Source of the DNA: an uncultured Planctomycetales bacterium
Lineage (GTDB): Bacteria > Planctomycetota > UBA1135 > CAZMYG01
Assembly: GCA_964570465.1 (NCBI GenBank)
Contig: CAZMYG010000001.1
Coordinates: 4,174 to 68,173 of the forward strand
Direction: 5' to 3'
DNA length: 64,000 nucleotides
Shown: piece after piece, positions 1 through 9,467 of the stretch
How the letters are laid out: every line of letters starts with the position of its first letter
How positions within the stretch are numbered: position 1 is the first letter of the stretch
Translations under genes and position numbers: made by a program
The notes under the pieces: model-generated
The model's input: only the letters and a program-made list of their open reading frames with translations
Databases searched by the model: none
What the model was told of the DNA's origin: nothing

Positions 1-199
1 TCGAGAACCCAAGCCTGGCGAAGTGGCCGTTCCCTGCGCTCGTTCCGTTGTCCAGGCCGGCTACGTAAGTTGGAGTGCCGGCAGACGAAGTGTCTGTTAT
101 TCTCCAAGGAGGGGCTGTCGTAGGAGAAGGAGCGGACGTGCTGATCGTCCCTCCAGCGTAGATAAAGTGTTCCGTCCATGTGTACTTGGCAGCCATCAT
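1..199 (-). CDS. hypothetical virion-module protein, N-terminal part (gene runs off window start)
   Basis: Not in ORF track (truncated). Reverse-strand ATGATG at 199-194 preceded by TAGGAGGCC; frame MMAAKYTWTEHFIYAGG... stays open to base 1. Confidence 0.5.
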   Translation of the reverse strand, partial: MMAAKYTWTEHFIYAGGTISTSAPSPTTAPPWRITDTSSAGTPTYVAGLDNGTSAGNGHFARLGFS

Positions 200-205
200 G
201 GCCTC

Positions 206-1129
206 CTACTGAAGTTGCGTTGTGTTGCAGGATCGTCCGATGATCCGCCAATGGCAGCCTCCGTTTTCGTGGAACAGGTACACGAACAACTCAGCCGGAT
301 TACCGTTGTCAGCCTCTATATTGACGTTGCTGTGCGCCCAATCAAAAAAGAACTCGTCGTTCACAAGCTCGCTACATTCAAACAAGTCTCCGGTTATCAC
401 CCCGCCTTCAAGGCCGACAAAGAACATGTCGTCTCCATTAACCGTCTCTCCGGCAGGGATCGTCTTGTATGTTCGTACTAGCTGCAAGGCGTTTTGACCA
501 AAAGGTATTGGGGTCCATGCGTTAAGGGTTGTGCTGAATTGACACCACACTTTCTGGCCAGGCAAAGCGATCGAGCCGTAATAGTCCTTGATCGTGTATG
601 AAGTCCCCGTGTCAAGATTACTCAGCAGTGATGCAGATACTGTCCATTCGTATCCATAGCAGCTATTTGCTAGCTGAGGGAGCATGTAATTCGAGCTGTC
701 GTTAAGCGGCAAGTACAAAATCTTGCTGGAGCTGCTGCTTGCCCGACGCTCGACGTAAACCCTTCCTGATGTCTGTCCGCCGATGATCTTGAAGCCTGTA
801 TTGCCGCTTCCCAAAAGATACGAGTTGGCCTGTGTTCCCCAGTCTTCGTCGTAGGCTGGAGTGCTTCCCGTGTCGTACAACGCCCACATCGGAGCATCGA
901 ACGTGCAAATGCCCTGAGCGCCAACCGGAACGGGAAGATGGCTATTGACAGCCGCTCCCTGCAAACTTGCGCTCGTCGGTCGCTTCCCGCTGATGATCGG
1001 ATAGGTGTTGCTGCCGATCGCGCCAAGGCTCATGCCGGTGACTTCGATCAAGCCAAAAGCTGGAACTTCTGACGCTCCAGCGTTATAGAACGGTCGCCAG
1101 CGCTGGGCTTTAAAGTCGTTAGGTAGCAT
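206..1129 (-). CDS. hypothetical tail-region protein
   Basis: 307-aa track ORF, co-oriented and abutting neighbours; its TAG stop sits inside the TAGGAGGCCATG start context of the next gene; no motif recognised. Confidence 0.6.
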   Translation of the reverse strand: MLPNDFKAQRWRPFYNAGASEVPAFGLIEVTGMSLGAIGSNTYPIISGKRPTSASLQGAAVNSHLPVPVGAQGICTFDAPMWALYDTGSTPAYDEDWGTQANSYLLGSGNTGFKIIGGQTSGRVYVERRASSSSSKILYLPLNDSSNYMLPQLANSCYGYEWTVSASLLSNLDTGTSYTIKDYYGSIALPGQKVWCQFSTTLNAWTPIPFGQNALQLVRTYKTIPAGETVNGDDMFFVGLEGGVITGDLFECSELVNDEFFFDWAHSNVNIEADNGNPAELFVYLFHENGGCHWRIIGRSCNTTQLQ

Positions 1130-2681
1130 GGATTCCTCCGAGAGTCGGCCAGTGCTGGTTCCAGCGTGTGATCCTGGTCATCGTTCCCTTACCAGGAAGA
1201 CCGGCCGTCCATGTAATCTGAGCGATCGTTCCGTCGAGCTTCTGGTTGAGCCAGCCTCCGTACCATCCATCCTGAGCTGGCTGTGGTTTACAAGACTCCT
1301 CGATCGCGTTCAGGTGGGCGTTGAGAGCGTTGTCCATCTGTCCGAGGTTCGTATCAAGACCGCTCGGTACAATCGAGCTGGTATAACGCTGGGCAATTCT
1401 TGGAACTAAATCGCGACGATCGACCCCATAGGTGCCTTTGCCATTGCCGTTGATTGAGCGAGTGAACTGGTATCGGTTAGGCGTGCTGAGCAAGTTCGGC
1501 CTGACCGTGTAGGTCGTCGTCAAATACAGCAGTGGGTTGGCGTGAGTGTAATCGCTTGCAAGAGAGAAGACTGGTTCGTCGAAGATCACGTAGCCGCGAT
1601 CGCTGTCGATAGTGAACTTTCCGTGGTATCTGGTCCCAAGAATCGTGTTGGCGTAATTGTCACATCCAGTCCAAAAGATGCCTTCAACGTAGGCTGGGCA
1701 GGCCCTCTGGACCGAGTTCATGTCGTAACCAAAGTCGTTGAGCGTATCGCCAAATGTTAGCTGCTCCATGCTGGTGATCGGATCGGTCATCCCTGGAACA
1801 CCCAGGCTCCCAGGTGCCTGCGTCCATATCTCAAACAACCTCCAGACATGCTCCAGGGCGTAGCTGCTTCCGTACTGGATATTGAAGTCTCGATCGGTAA
1901 ATAAGCCTCCTACATTGTAGAAGGCATAAGGCGTTTCGTACTCCCAGCCATTGGTCGGATAGTAGCTAGCTCGTCCCAGAGTTACCTGGTCGCCACTGAA
2001 CTCGGTGGTAATCGCGCGAAGCAGGAACTTCGACTGAACGATCGCTTCATCCGTGCGGACCTGGATGTTCTTTGGGAGAGCGGCTGACTGGACTGGATAG
2101 AAATCAGAAAGCCTGACAGCGTGCGGAGGAAGATTGCCTCCAACTCCGATCTTGCGAATGCTGAACTTGTCGTTGATCTCAGGGACTACGACACATCCGC
2201 AGATACCGCACAGCTCTTCGAGAGCGTCTACAACCTTGCAGCCATCCCACTCTACGAATGGATAGACGTTCGACGGCAGGTCGTTGGTGTCTACGCCAGA
2301 CTCGCCGAGCAGGCCGAAGAGCATGTCAGCGATCTGCTTTGGCGTTCGCTGTGTGTCAGATCGAATCGTTCCGTTAGCTAGCTGAAGGTTGGCCCGATAG
2401 GTGACGATCACATGCTGCCATTGCCAGCGACGATCGAGAATCCGCAGATTCACCCTCCGGCCACGCTCGATCCTCAGGTCCGAGTGATCTACAGCGCAGC
2501 CAGTGAACTCCCGCTTGAAGTCTCCGTAAGTGAGCTTCAGGGTTCCAGGACTTCCAGAGTACGTAGGTTCTGGAATGGCTTCTGCATAACAAGCGGACGG
2601 TTGCACACCACGGCTGAGCGTAAAGTTCAGCGAAAGGATTCGTAGTCCCTCATGGGTCGCGATCGCTTGTGGGTCAGGCAC
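1119..2681 (-). CDS. hypothetical tail/baseplate-region protein
   Basis: 520-aa track ORF, 11-nt overlap with downstream gene, distal part of morphogenesis arm; no motif recognised. Confidence 0.65.
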   Translation of the reverse strand: MPDPQAIATHEGLRILSLNFTLSRGVQPSACYAEAIPEPTYSGSPGTLKLTYGDFKREFTGCAVDHSDLRIERGRRVNLRILDRRWQWQHVIVTYRANLQLANGTIRSDTQRTPKQIADMLFGLLGESGVDTNDLPSNVYPFVEWDGCKVVDALEELCGICGCVVVPEINDKFSIRKIGVGGNLPPHAVRLSDFYPVQSAALPKNIQVRTDEAIVQSKFLLRAITTEFSGDQVTLGRASYYPTNGWEYETPYAFYNVGGLFTDRDFNIQYGSSYALEHVWRLFEIWTQAPGSLGVPGMTDPITSMEQLTFGDTLNDFGYDMNSVQRACPAYVEGIFWTGCDNYANTILGTRYHGKFTIDSDRGYVIFDEPVFSLASDYTHANPLLYLTTTYTVRPNLLSTPNRYQFTRSINGNGKGTYGVDRRDLVPRIAQRYTSSIVPSGLDTNLGQMDNALNAHLNAIEESCKPQPAQDGWYGGWLNQKLDGTIAQITWTAGLPGKGTMTRITRWNQHWPTLGGIHAT

Positions 2682-2682
2682 C

Positions 2683-4011
2683 TTAGATAGCGCTCTTCGT
2701 CAAGGTCATGTGCTTGCCTTTGCGAATCTCGACGTCTTCGAGTCCGCACTGGTACAAGTCGATCCCGTTCGTTTCAGTGATCGTTCCGTAATCGTCGAGG
2801 TATCTGGCTCCTTCATGAAGCTCGCAGTTGGTGATCGTCATTGATCGAGCGTCACGAGTCCGGTCGAACGTGCCTCCGGTTACCCTGAGCGTTGTGATCG
2901 TGCCAGTCCCGCAGTAGTAGCAAGTTCCAGCATTGATCGTGATGCTTGGGTGAGCGTTTCCAAGAATAGTCAGTGTTCCGCCATTTAAAGTGATCGTGCC
3001 GCCAGTTGTCGCGCTTTCTAGCGTCACGTCGCCGCCGTCGATGATGATCGTTGGATTGTTGAACGTGACAGCAGGGCCGCACACCAGCCTCACATCTGAC
3101 TCCTGGCTATTAACGTAGCTGACTCGCAAGGTGGCGATGTTAGCTGTATCTCCGATGAAGTAACCAATCCCAACGTCGCCTTTACGGATGTCGTAAGAGT
3201 TCGAGGTATTAGTGCCCTTCATCAGCAAAGGCGGAACCGCCGTATCTTCCGATCTCTGTCCGGTGTTGTGGACAGTGACAGTTGCTTGTCCAGTGTTGAA
3301 GTCAAGCTTGATCCTAGAGCTTCCGTTTCCTTCCCCTTGACCAATCGTAACGACGTTGGTGACGCCGTCCGCAGTCGCACCAATCTTGAGATACTTGTCT
3401 CGGTACTCGTTGTAGGTATAGCTGGGGTCGTCCGCGTTGGTATTGAGGAGGCCAATCTTGCCAGTAAAGCTTTGAAAGATTTTGGTGCTGGCGAAGCTCA
3501 AAGAGTTTTGGTCGAGAGCGTAACGCAATTCCCCAGAGTTGTTGGAAAAGACAACATCGTCGGAATCGACCGGAACTGAGCCTGTTGACCAATTGGCGGT
3601 TCCTGTGAAGTGGTATGGTCCAGAAGCGGCCGTAGTCGTGGAAGTGGAAAGAGTTCCAGTTCCGGCAGTGTTTTCGCTCGCAGCGACCGTGAACGGCTTG
3701 CCCTTGGTGACGCCTGTAAGTACAACGGTCGAGCTGGAAGCCACCGCTGTGAACTCACGGAACTCAGCTACGTTAGGGCCACGCTCATTGGCGCTGTAGC
3801 CAGTTCCAAGACTGGAAGACGACGAGCTTAAGACGGCGGCAAGCTCGGTTGCTACCTGAGTTGTGGTAGCAGTGGTTCCGACCGTCATGGTGATCGCCCG
3901 GCCGTTGATTGTAACCGTGGCGGTGTCGTTCGCAGCCCACGTATTCGCCACCGTGAGCGTTTCGACTTGCGCAATGGCAAGGGCATTGTTGGTTCTCTGA
4001 GGAGTAGCCAC
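2683..4011 (-). CDS. fibre/spike-like protein with beta-helix-like repeats
   Basis: 442 aa, Thr/Ser/Gly/Asn-rich, repeated short strand-turn segments (e.g. VTFNNPTIIIDGGDVTLESATTGGTITLNGGTLTILGN). Confidence 0.55.
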   Translation of the reverse strand: MATPQRTNNALAIAQVETLTVANTWAANDTATVTINGRAITMTVGTTATTTQVATELAAVLSSSSSSLGTGYSANERGPNVAEFREFTAVASSSTVVLTGVTKGKPFTVAASENTAGTGTLSTSTTTAASGPYHFTGTANWSTGSVPVDSDDVVFSNNSGELRYALDQNSLSFASTKIFQSFTGKIGLLNTNADDPSYTYNEYRDKYLKIGATADGVTNVVTIGQGEGNGSSRIKLDFNTGQATVTVHNTGQRSEDTAVPPLLMKGTNTSNSYDIRKGDVGIGYFIGDTANIATLRVSYVNSQESDVRLVCGPAVTFNNPTIIIDGGDVTLESATTGGTITLNGGTLTILGNAHPSITINAGTCYYCGTGTITTLRVTGGTFDRTRDARSMTITNCELHEGARYLDDYGTITETNGIDLYQCGLEDVEIRKGKHMTLTKSAI

Positions 4012-4014
4012 GGT

Positions 4015-4746
4015 TTACCTTATGTTCGGGAAGATGACTTGTGGCGTCGGACAGAAAAACGTGTAGCTCCATTGAACGCCCCAATGGGTGTATCTCAGGT
4101 TCGCTCCAGCAGCAGTAGGACCAATACGTGTGATCTCTCGAAGACGATGTTCTTCCCAGTTAGGCAAGAGCGGATCGGCATAGAGAGGGTAAGCCGTTAG
4201 ACCTAACGCAACTCCTGTCTGCCTAACGACTTGGATGGTGTGCTGCTTTTCAATATATCGTTCTGGCAGTCCCGTGACAGGTTCAAAATAGCGGTAGCTA
4301 GGGCCGCCACTTCCCTGGGTCTCTATCGTCTCATTCCAGACCATTGGACTTGATTCGTTGACCGGATACTCGGCCTCAACGACGATCCGGTAATTCATTC
4401 CAGTCGAATAATCGGCTGGGCTGTCTAGCGGGTAATCACGAACCTTGACCTTTGTGCCTCCAAGCGAATCAGCGCTAGTCAAATAAATGTGGCTCCTAGT
4501 TCCATCGTCGTGGTATAGCCCGATGTCGAAGTTGTTCTGGCCGTAAGCGTTTTTGAGCGTCTCCAAAGCAGACGTGATCTGAGCCTGTGTCGGAGCAGAG
4601 TTCGGGATAATCTCACCCCGTAAGTGCATCCGCTTCAGCATGGTGCGCCAAATACCACGCTTGTCATAAACAGGCTCGACGGTATATCGCTCTACATAGG
4701 CACGATTTGTGTTGTCGTGCGTCAGGTTGGTCTGGATTACGTTCAC
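4015..4746 (-). CDS. hypothetical virion-module protein
   Basis: 243-aa track ORF, packed in minus-strand operon. Confidence 0.6.
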   Translation of the reverse strand: MNVIQTNLTHDNTNRAYVERYTVEPVYDKRGIWRTMLKRMHLRGEIIPNSAPTQAQITSALETLKNAYGQNNFDIGLYHDDGTRSHIYLTSADSLGGTKVKVRDYPLDSPADYSTGMNYRIVVEAEYPVNESSPMVWNETIETQGSGGPSYRYFEPVTGLPERYIEKQHTIQVVRQTGVALGLTAYPLYADPLLPNWEEHRLREITRIGPTAAGANLRYTHWGVQWSYTFFCPTPQVIFPNIR

Positions 4747-4755
4747 GTCAACCTC

Positions 4756-5370
4756 CTAGAAGGTTCTCGGCACAGAGCCAGGGATCGTCCACTGCTGCGC
4801 CCACCGCTCTAGGTCCAAGAGTCGAGCGTTCTGGTCGTCGATGATCTTGGCGTACAAGGCGATCATGTTCGTCTGTGATCGCATCGCCCTGGTCATCCCT
4901 TCCCAAAGCCTGACCCACTCGTCATTAAGTTCAGTTGTAGTTGTGTTCCACTCTTTAGCCGTGGAAAGTTCAAGCATCTCGCCGCTTTCGGCGGCTTCAT
5001 GTGCGGCCTTCTTAGCCGCTCTCATCTTCTTTTTGCGCTCCCTCCCTGGGTTGCGAACGCGCGGGACTGGTGGGAGGCTAGGAGGGGCCGGCATCTTCTC
5101 TACTGGGAAAGAAGGCTCGGCATCTTCATAATGGAGCGTCTCTGGAGGGTCTAGCTTGTACTTCGGTACATCGGTTTCTGGCGGAACTGCCTCTGGAGGA
5201 ACGAACGCCGGGGCCACGGGAGAGTGCCCCCACTCCCGTGGCTCACCGGCGTTCTGGTCCTTGCCGGTAGCGAGCGGCGAAGGAGGATTTTCGACTGGAG
5301 GCAGCTCAGGCTGCGGTGGCAAGAAATCGTCTGCCGCCTCTTGAAAGTCGAGTTCTTCGTCTTGATCCAT
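4756..5370 (-). CDS. hypothetical Pro-rich protein
   Basis: 204-aa track ORF; acidic N-terminus, Pro-rich middle, basic patch RERKKKMRAAKKAA. Confidence 0.55.
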   Translation of the reverse strand: MDQDEELDFQEAADDFLPPQPELPPVENPPSPLATGKDQNAGEPREWGHSPVAPAFVPPEAVPPETDVPKYKLDPPETLHYEDAEPSFPVEKMPAPPSLPPVPRVRNPGRERKKKMRAAKKAAHEAAESGEMLELSTAKEWNTTTTELNDEWVRLWEGMTRAMRSQTNMIALYAKIIDDQNARLLDLERWAQQWTIPGSVPRTF

Positions 5371-5373
5371 GAC

Positions 5374-6288
5374 TTAGCTTGAGACGTTCGAGGCGGCGAT
5401 TTCTTTCGTTGTGGAAACTCCCCTGGCTACGTAGTTGACCGGCAGAAGAATCTCACCCTTGTGCTGGATCGACGGGCCGATGATCGGGGCCTGTAACACA
5501 CCAAAGGTGAACGTGGTGCTGAGGCTCCCGTTTGTAAATACAAGCGTGCCTGTGGTTCCAGCAGCAGACTGGGCGTACAAGTCTTCGTTGGTTGAGAAAT
5601 ACGGGACGACTTCCTGATAAGTAACCGTCCGGTCTTGTTCGAGCAGGGCGATCGGCGTGCAGCTTCCGTTTCGCCAGATCACTTCGATGTGGTTGTCGAT
5701 TGATAGGCTGAACGCTCTAACCCTTCTGGCCACGGCGATCTGCGTGCTGGTTGTGTCGCACAGGGTGTACGGGGCGTTTCCAGCAGCGGTCCCAAGAGTG
5801 AGGGTTGGGTAGCTTGTATCGACAACGGCAGTCAGGCCAACGATGTCGAGCTGCATCTGAATGACTTCCGCAGCCTCACCCTCTTGGTGGGTGTTTCCGC
5901 TGATCGTCATTCTGTCGATCTTGCAGTCTGTGTACTCGATCGTCTGTCCCGAGTAATACTGGACTAGCAGCCCGAACGCTGGCACAGTATCTGCAACAGC
6001 AATGGCATTGACCGTTTTGGTTCCACCTAATGTCCGCTCCAGAATGCGGTCTAAGTCCAACGGGGACACCGGCATGGTTATCGACCCGCGAATCAGGGAA
6101 GGCCCAGTGCGAGTCACCTCGCTTGCGTGGGTTCTTGTTCCCTGAATCGTATTCGGGTCGATGATCGTGCCGTTTCGGCGAACCGTACAGCTCCAGAAAC
6201 GATAAGGCTCGCTACTAGAGTCGAACGTGTGAGGGCTGGCACCAGGCTCCATGCAGAGTTTTGCGAGCGATCCTGCGCTTGCACTCAT
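5374..6288 (-). CDS. hypothetical virion-module protein
   Basis: 304-aa track ORF in operon, no motif recognised. Confidence 0.6.
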   Translation of the reverse strand: MSASAGSLAKLCMEPGASPHTFDSSSEPYRFWSCTVRRNGTIIDPNTIQGTRTHASEVTRTGPSLIRGSITMPVSPLDLDRILERTLGGTKTVNAIAVADTVPAFGLLVQYYSGQTIEYTDCKIDRMTISGNTHQEGEAAEVIQMQLDIVGLTAVVDTSYPTLTLGTAAGNAPYTLCDTTSTQIAVARRVRAFSLSIDNHIEVIWRNGSCTPIALLEQDRTVTYQEVVPYFSTNEDLYAQSAAGTTGTLVFTNGSLSTTFTFGVLQAPIIGPSIQHKGEILLPVNYVARGVSTTKEIAASNVSS

Positions 6289-6292
6289 GCCA

Positions 6293-6730
6293 TTAACTCC
6301 TTACCAATTCACGGGACCAGCACCTGATGATGAACGTGGAAAAGTCGTAGTCGTCAGCGTACTTACGATCGTCGAAGTTGCGGTCGGCCTCGCACCAACA
6401 CACGTATACTTCTGTAACGCCAGACAGCCTCTTGCCGCTAAAGGCGTTTCGTATGGACTGAGTCCATAGGTTCAGCTTTTCGAGGTTCTCGGTGTAGCCT
6501 TGAGCGCTTGCTAGGGCCATCGTCACGAGAATCCCGTATCCGTTGTCGTCGTCCGCATTGGTGCCCTGGCCGCTTCGCACCGGCTCTGGGCTGAGCGTAA
6601 TACCGTGGAAGACCTGGCGATCGTCCACGCTATGCTTGCGAACGGTTACGGTTGGACTTCCTGAGAGAGAAAGTCCATCAATAGTTGTCTTGACGGCCGA
6701 TAAGCACTGGCTGAAAACTGAGTCGGGCAC
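6293..6730 (-). CDS. hypothetical virion-module protein
   Basis: 145-aa track ORF in operon. Confidence 0.6.
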   Translation of the reverse strand: MPDSVFSQCLSAVKTTIDGLSLSGSPTVTVRKHSVDDRQVFHGITLSPEPVRSGQGTNADDDNGYGILVTMALASAQGYTENLEKLNLWTQSIRNAFSGKRLSGVTEVYVCWCEADRNFDDRKYADDYDFSTFIIRCWSRELVRS

Positions 6731-6733
6731 GGC

Positions 6734-7930
6734 TTATTCCTCCGTGTCCGTGCTGACCGAAATCCGAGCCACTTCCGGGTAATCTCCACCCGCACCGCCA
6801 AAGGCGTAGAACTGCTCTCTAGTCCGGTAGTCTGCTGCGGCAGCTTCTCGAATCGCTCTAAATGCTGACTGTTCACGTTCGGTTACGTCTTTCTGACTCA
6901 TCCGAGCATAGCGAGCGTACTCAGACTCAGCGAGTCGCAGCAGCCCGTGGAGCATTGCAGTATGCTCAATGTCCAACGGGTCGCTAATGGTGTACAAAAC
7001 GGCACTGAGATTTGCTGAGCTAGCAGCAGAGTCGATCGTCAGGCTCGTCGTACTCGATCGTGCGGTAATGACACGCTGAGATACGTAAGGGTTATCGACA
7101 CCAGCAATATCCCCATGAATTGGGGTTGGTGCGCTTGTGCCGTCTCCACTGAACCTGATGATCGAACCGACATGCCCGGCCGCAAAAGCGGTGCCTGATC
7201 CTGTAACCGTTGTCGCGTTAGCAGTAACCGAAACCGTACCTCCTGTCACCTTGTAATAAACCAACGGTCTAGCCGATCGCTCATAAAGCATCGTGTAAGA
7301 ATCGTCGGTGTTTGGAATCTCTGAAAAGACGATCGCCAAGCCGCCGTAGTATTCGTTGTCCTGGCGGATCGTAAACGTAAGTGGGTCAGAAATGTCGTCT
7401 GTGAGCGCCGAGAAATCAAACTGATCCTCCGACGTGCAGTACATCACGAACTGCTGGTCGTCGTCTCTCGTTAGCGAGACATGCTTTCTGAAATCAACTG
7501 GGAGCGGATAGCTCCTTCTGTAGAGGGTGTAACTAGTACCGCTGGCGACGTCCGCGCCAGGATTGCTGTTTGGGGAGAGCGTGATGATCGAGCTGCTCTC
7601 TCTAGTAGCGACCTGATAATGGACATCGCTGATTTTGATGGTTCCAAAGTCAGCCCAAGTAGGCCAGGTTCCTGTCGTGAGCGTCACCATGCGCTCACTT
7701 GCCCCACCAGTGTGATCGTAAGCAATCGTGCCTGTGGTGTAGGTAGCTACGGTCGCAAACTTGTAAGTCGCATCGTAGGTGGCCCATCTGTGGAGCGTAG
7801 GCAAACGACGATAGGCTTCTTGGACAGCTCGCTTAGCAAGCCTAAGCGTTCGCCCAGAAGCCAGAGCGTCGAAAGAATCCAAGACTGCCTCGACGGCGTC
7901 TTGATACGTCCACAGTAGGGTTTCAGCCAA
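6734..7930 (-). CDS. hypothetical virion-module protein
   Basis: 398-aa track ORF in operon. Confidence 0.65.
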   Translation of the reverse strand: MAETLLWTYQDAVEAVLDSFDALASGRTLRLAKRAVQEAYRRLPTLHRWATYDATYKFATVATYTTGTIAYDHTGGASERMVTLTTGTWPTWADFGTIKISDVHYQVATRESSSIITLSPNSNPGADVASGTSYTLYRRSYPLPVDFRKHVSLTRDDDQQFVMYCTSEDQFDFSALTDDISDPLTFTIRQDNEYYGGLAIVFSEIPNTDDSYTMLYERSARPLVYYKVTGGTVSVTANATTVTGSGTAFAAGHVGSIIRFSGDGTSAPTPIHGDIAGVDNPYVSQRVITARSSTTSLTIDSAASSANLSAVLYTISDPLDIEHTAMLHGLLRLAESEYARYARMSQKDVTEREQSAFRAIREAAAADYRTREQFYAFGGAGGDYPEVARISVSTDTEE

Positions 7931-7932
7931 GG

Positions 7933-8268
7933 CTAGATTTCCACGTAAGTCAGAAATCCGGTCAGTGCAAGAGTTGCAGCGTTATCAATATTGAACTTCT
8001 CTCCGGCCACCGTTTCAAACCAGCCGTCTGGGTTGTATGGGAGCGTAAGAGTCAGCAGCTCAGCAGAGAACGTGTATCTTCCCTTAGCGGTGGAGGCGCT
8101 GTTGAAAACCAACGCTCCGGCACCGCTAGCGTGAATCACTCCAGCGATAACGCGAATACTCTTGCCAGTCACAGCGGCAATCTGGTCGATGCTCGCCGAC
8201 GAACTGTTGACGTCGGTTCGCTTCGGTGTCTTTGAAGACAGATTGGCGAAGCCAGTTGTACTTGCCAT
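7933..8268 (-). CDS. hypothetical virion-module protein
   Basis: 111-aa track ORF in operon. Confidence 0.55.
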   Translation of the reverse strand: MASTTGFANLSSKTPKRTDVNSSSASIDQIAAVTGKSIRVIAGVIHASGAGALVFNSASTAKGRYTFSAELLTLTLPYNPDGWFETVAGEKFNIDNAATLALTGFLTYVEI

Positions 8269-8280
8269 GAATCAGTCTCC

Positions 8281-8853
8281 TTAGACAGACGCCGAGAAAG
8301 GAGTCGCTTCGATGCCGCTCGCTGCTGAGTATCCTTGCACGTAGTAATGGCCAGACACGGCGTCCGTGATCTCGAAGTATTCACCCTGCGCCGCCAAGCC
8401 GGTCGTCGATCGGTTCAGTGTGATCGTGTCGTCGTTATCAGCAGCCCACCAGATGTTTGGCGCAGTCGCTTCCGAGGCGTCTTGAATGACATATCCACGG
8501 AACTCGTCGGTCGTGTTGCCAACCTTGATGATGTGCGAGTTGCTGGTCGCCGTGACGGTCACCAGAAAACGATATCGCGCTCCGCCGCCAGTGCTGGTCG
8601 GCAAGGTAATTACGCTGCCTGCGGCGGTATCCAGCAAAATCGTCTTGCCAGAGTGGGTGGCTTCCGTCATTGTCAACGTACCGCCGCCAGCGACTTGTCG
8701 CGCCGACACGTCGCAATGACTGTTCAGCTCTTCGACAGTTGCATTCAAGCCTTTGACTCCCTGAATGCAGTCTCGGATTTCATCGAAGATTCCAAACGAT
8801 GCTCCCAGCGCAGATCGCAACGCGTTAGCCGCCCCTTGACTCAAAGTCGCCAT
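8281..8853 (-). CDS. hypothetical virion-module protein
   Basis: 190-aa track ORF in operon. Confidence 0.6.
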   Translation of the reverse strand: MATLSQGAANALRSALGASFGIFDEIRDCIQGVKGLNATVEELNSHCDVSARQVAGGGTLTMTEATHSGKTILLDTAAGSVITLPTSTGGGARYRFLVTVTATSNSHIIKVGNTTDEFRGYVIQDASEATAPNIWWAADNDDTITLNRSTTGLAAQGEYFEITDAVSGHYYVQGYSAASGIEATPFSASV

Positions 8854-8867
8854 GTGTCGCCCCTTCC

Positions 8868-9467
8868 TTAGTTCTTGGTAACGGGAAGTTCCCTAGAGGG
8901 CTTGCCGTGCCGTTCCACGACAAGATCGCGTAGCTCCCTGGTGGAAAGCTTTCGTTTGTCTGGCTCTCGCTTCAGGATCGCGTTAGCGTTATCCCGAATC
9001 AAATCTTCAGCCAGCGGTTTAGACATCGGCGGAGATTCCGGCTGTCTTGGAATGGCGGTGATTCCATTCGTGACGCCGACGCCTCCGGCCCGCACGTCGT
9101 AGCCCCGATCGTTCAGGACCTTCTTGATGTGCGCTCGACCGCCGCTCTGGGGAACAAAGGCTTGAGGGTCGCCTTGGAAGCGAGCCAGCCCTGGCTCATA
9201 TACGTCGCGGACGTTCGGGCGGTATCCATTCCGCTCGGCGATTTTGGTCAGGTTCGCTGCCTGCTCTGATCCAAGCTGGTCATCCAATGTACCACGCCCA
9301 GAACAGTATGTATTGTCGCTGATACAACCCGGAGGTTGCTGCATCACTATCATAGCAGAAAAGCCGTGCGGTTCACCGGCTTCTCGCATGGTCACATACT
9401 CTTTGAGCCATTGTGGGTTCGCTACGATCGCTGGCTCACGAGAGAGTTCTGGATAAACGTCGATCAC
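8868..9467 (-). CDS. hypothetical virion-module protein
   Basis: 199-aa track ORF, 4-nt overlap with upstream portal-like gene. Confidence 0.6.
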   Translation of the reverse strand: MIDVYPELSREPAIVANPQWLKEYVTMREAGEPHGFSAMIVMQQPPGCISDNTYCSGRGTLDDQLGSEQAANLTKIAERNGYRPNVRDVYEPGLARFQGDPQAFVPQSGGRAHIKKVLNDRGYDVRAGGVGVTNGITAIPRQPESPPMSKPLAEDLIRDNANAILKREPDKRKLSTRELRDLVVERHGKPSRELPVTKN